Of a DNA stretch of 20,000 nt, positions 19,442 to 20,000 are shown one piece after another. This DNA comes from Lentisphaeria bacterium. Its GTDB lineage: Bacteria > Verrucomicrobiota > Lentisphaeria > JABSQK01 > JAWLHB01. The position numbers were made by a program, and so were the translations under genes. The notes beneath the pieces are model-generated. The model saw only the letters and a program-made list of their open reading frames with translations. It did not search any database and was not told where the DNA came from. The stretch lies in assembly GCA_041690595.1 (NCBI GenBank), contig JAWLHB010000020.1:121233-141232 (forward strand). The letters run 5' to 3'. The first letter of the stretch is position 1. The number at the start of each line of letters is the position of its first letter.

Positions 19442-19671
19442 TTTTGAGCGGTGAAGCCAAAGCTTACTGGCATCTTGAGTATTATGGTTTCGCCATAGCT
19501 ATCTACAGGCAGATCGCCGCTCGGAGAGCGCCTCCCGCTCTATGGCTGGTCGCCAGCCGGCCGTTGCCCGAAAGCCGTTGCCGCCCCTGTGTTCAGGTCA
19601 TTCCAGAGTCACGTGCATGGCCCCAGTTTTCGAAGTTCCTCATAGCCGATTCGGTGGTTCTTTCTTTCTGG

Positions 19672-19700
19672 TTGACTTGGTGGATGGGATGGGCTACAGT
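19672..19700 (+). promoter_or_regulatory. Putative sigma70 promoter driving the structured RNA and the downstream ORF
   Basis: TTGACT (19672-19677), 17 bp, TACAGT (19695-19700). The predicted +1 at about 19705-19707 coincides with the start of the inverted-repeat arm. Confidence 0.65.
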
Positions 19701-19704
19701 TTTT

Positions 19705-19840
19705 ATGCCCGGTGACGGTGGTGCTTTAGATTGCGTGCGGCGTTGCGCCGTGCATGCTTATCTACCCAGATGAAGCTCAATTCATGAGCTTCGAGAGCTG
19801 ACGCCGATGTTGTGAAGTTAAGCGTCCGTCACCGGGCCAT
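19705..19840 (+). ncRNA. Putative structured RNA closed by terminal inverted repeats (retron msr-msd-like, or a structured 5' leader)
   Basis: Perfect 12-bp IR GCCCGGTGACGG (19707-19718) / CCGTCACCGGGC (19826-19837), extendable by two more pairs (AT/AT) with one bulge. Internal hairpins at 19727-19764 and GAAGCTCA/TGAGCTTC (19772-19792). Confidence 0.55.
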
Positions 19841-19857
19841 TCCAGAAGGTGAGTGCC

Positions 19858-20000
19858 ATGGGCTGGATCGGCAGACTGTTCGGGTTGGAAGTGTCGAGAC
19901 GTCGTAAGCGTCAAAAATACCCCATGTTGTTTTTGGGGCCAGACGCCTACGCGGCTTGGGCCTTGGCTTCGCGCTTTGCTTTCCAGACGTCGGGGAGGAA
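19858..20000 (+). CDS. N-terminus of an unidentified protein, truncated by the window edge (candidate reverse transcriptase or retron partner)
   Basis: SD-like GAAGGTGA upstream of ATG 19858. The frame is open to the end: MGWIGRLFGLEVSRRRKRQKYPMLFLGPDAYAAWALASRFAFQTSGR. Not in the supplied ORF track. Confidence 0.55.
   Translation, partial: MGWIGRLFGLEVSRRRKRQKYPMLFLGPDAYAAWALASRFAFQTSGR

Noticed and set aside
19444..19773. 109-aa ORF from the track
   Set aside because: TTG start without an RBS and no recognisable motifs. It runs across the predicted promoter and structured RNA, which explain the region better.
19705..19840. tRNA, SRP RNA, 6S RNA or intrinsic terminator as the identity of the structured element
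   Set aside because: No cloverleaf or TTC T-loop pattern, no SRP GGAA tetraloop motif, shorter and more branched than a typical 6S rod, and no U-tract after the closing stem. A MITE reading is disfavoured because no clear target-site duplication is seen and the promoter is aligned with the 5' arm, but it is not excluded.

Overview
GC-rich bacterial chromosomal window, mostly housekeeping genes. The + strand starts with a 5'-truncated secDF fusion followed by menG/ubiE, menF and menD. Converging on these are an orphan ABC-type permease and a secreted hypothetical protein. Next come an atypically long PurN-like formyltransferase, a minus-strand unit of rmlD, rmlB and a GT2/methyltransferase fusion, hisB-hisA without hisH, a GyrI-like membrane protein, a PIN-PhoH ATPase whose PIN active site looks degenerate, folP-uvrB and a DUF1653 protein. 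From about 18.8 kb the sequence looks accessory and carries a low-GC lipoprotein gene. The best candidate for something new is at the right end. A clean sigma70-type promoter (TTGACT-17-TACAGT) would start transcription at the first arm of a perfect 12-bp inverted repeat (19707-19718/19826-19837) that encloses two hairpins. About 20 nt later an RBS precedes an ORF starting at 19858 that runs off the window and is missing from the ORF track. This layout resembles a retron msr-msd ncRNA in front of its reverse transcriptase, but no RT motif is visible inside the window, so it remains a hypothesis. All calls come from motif recognition by eye; no database searches were run.
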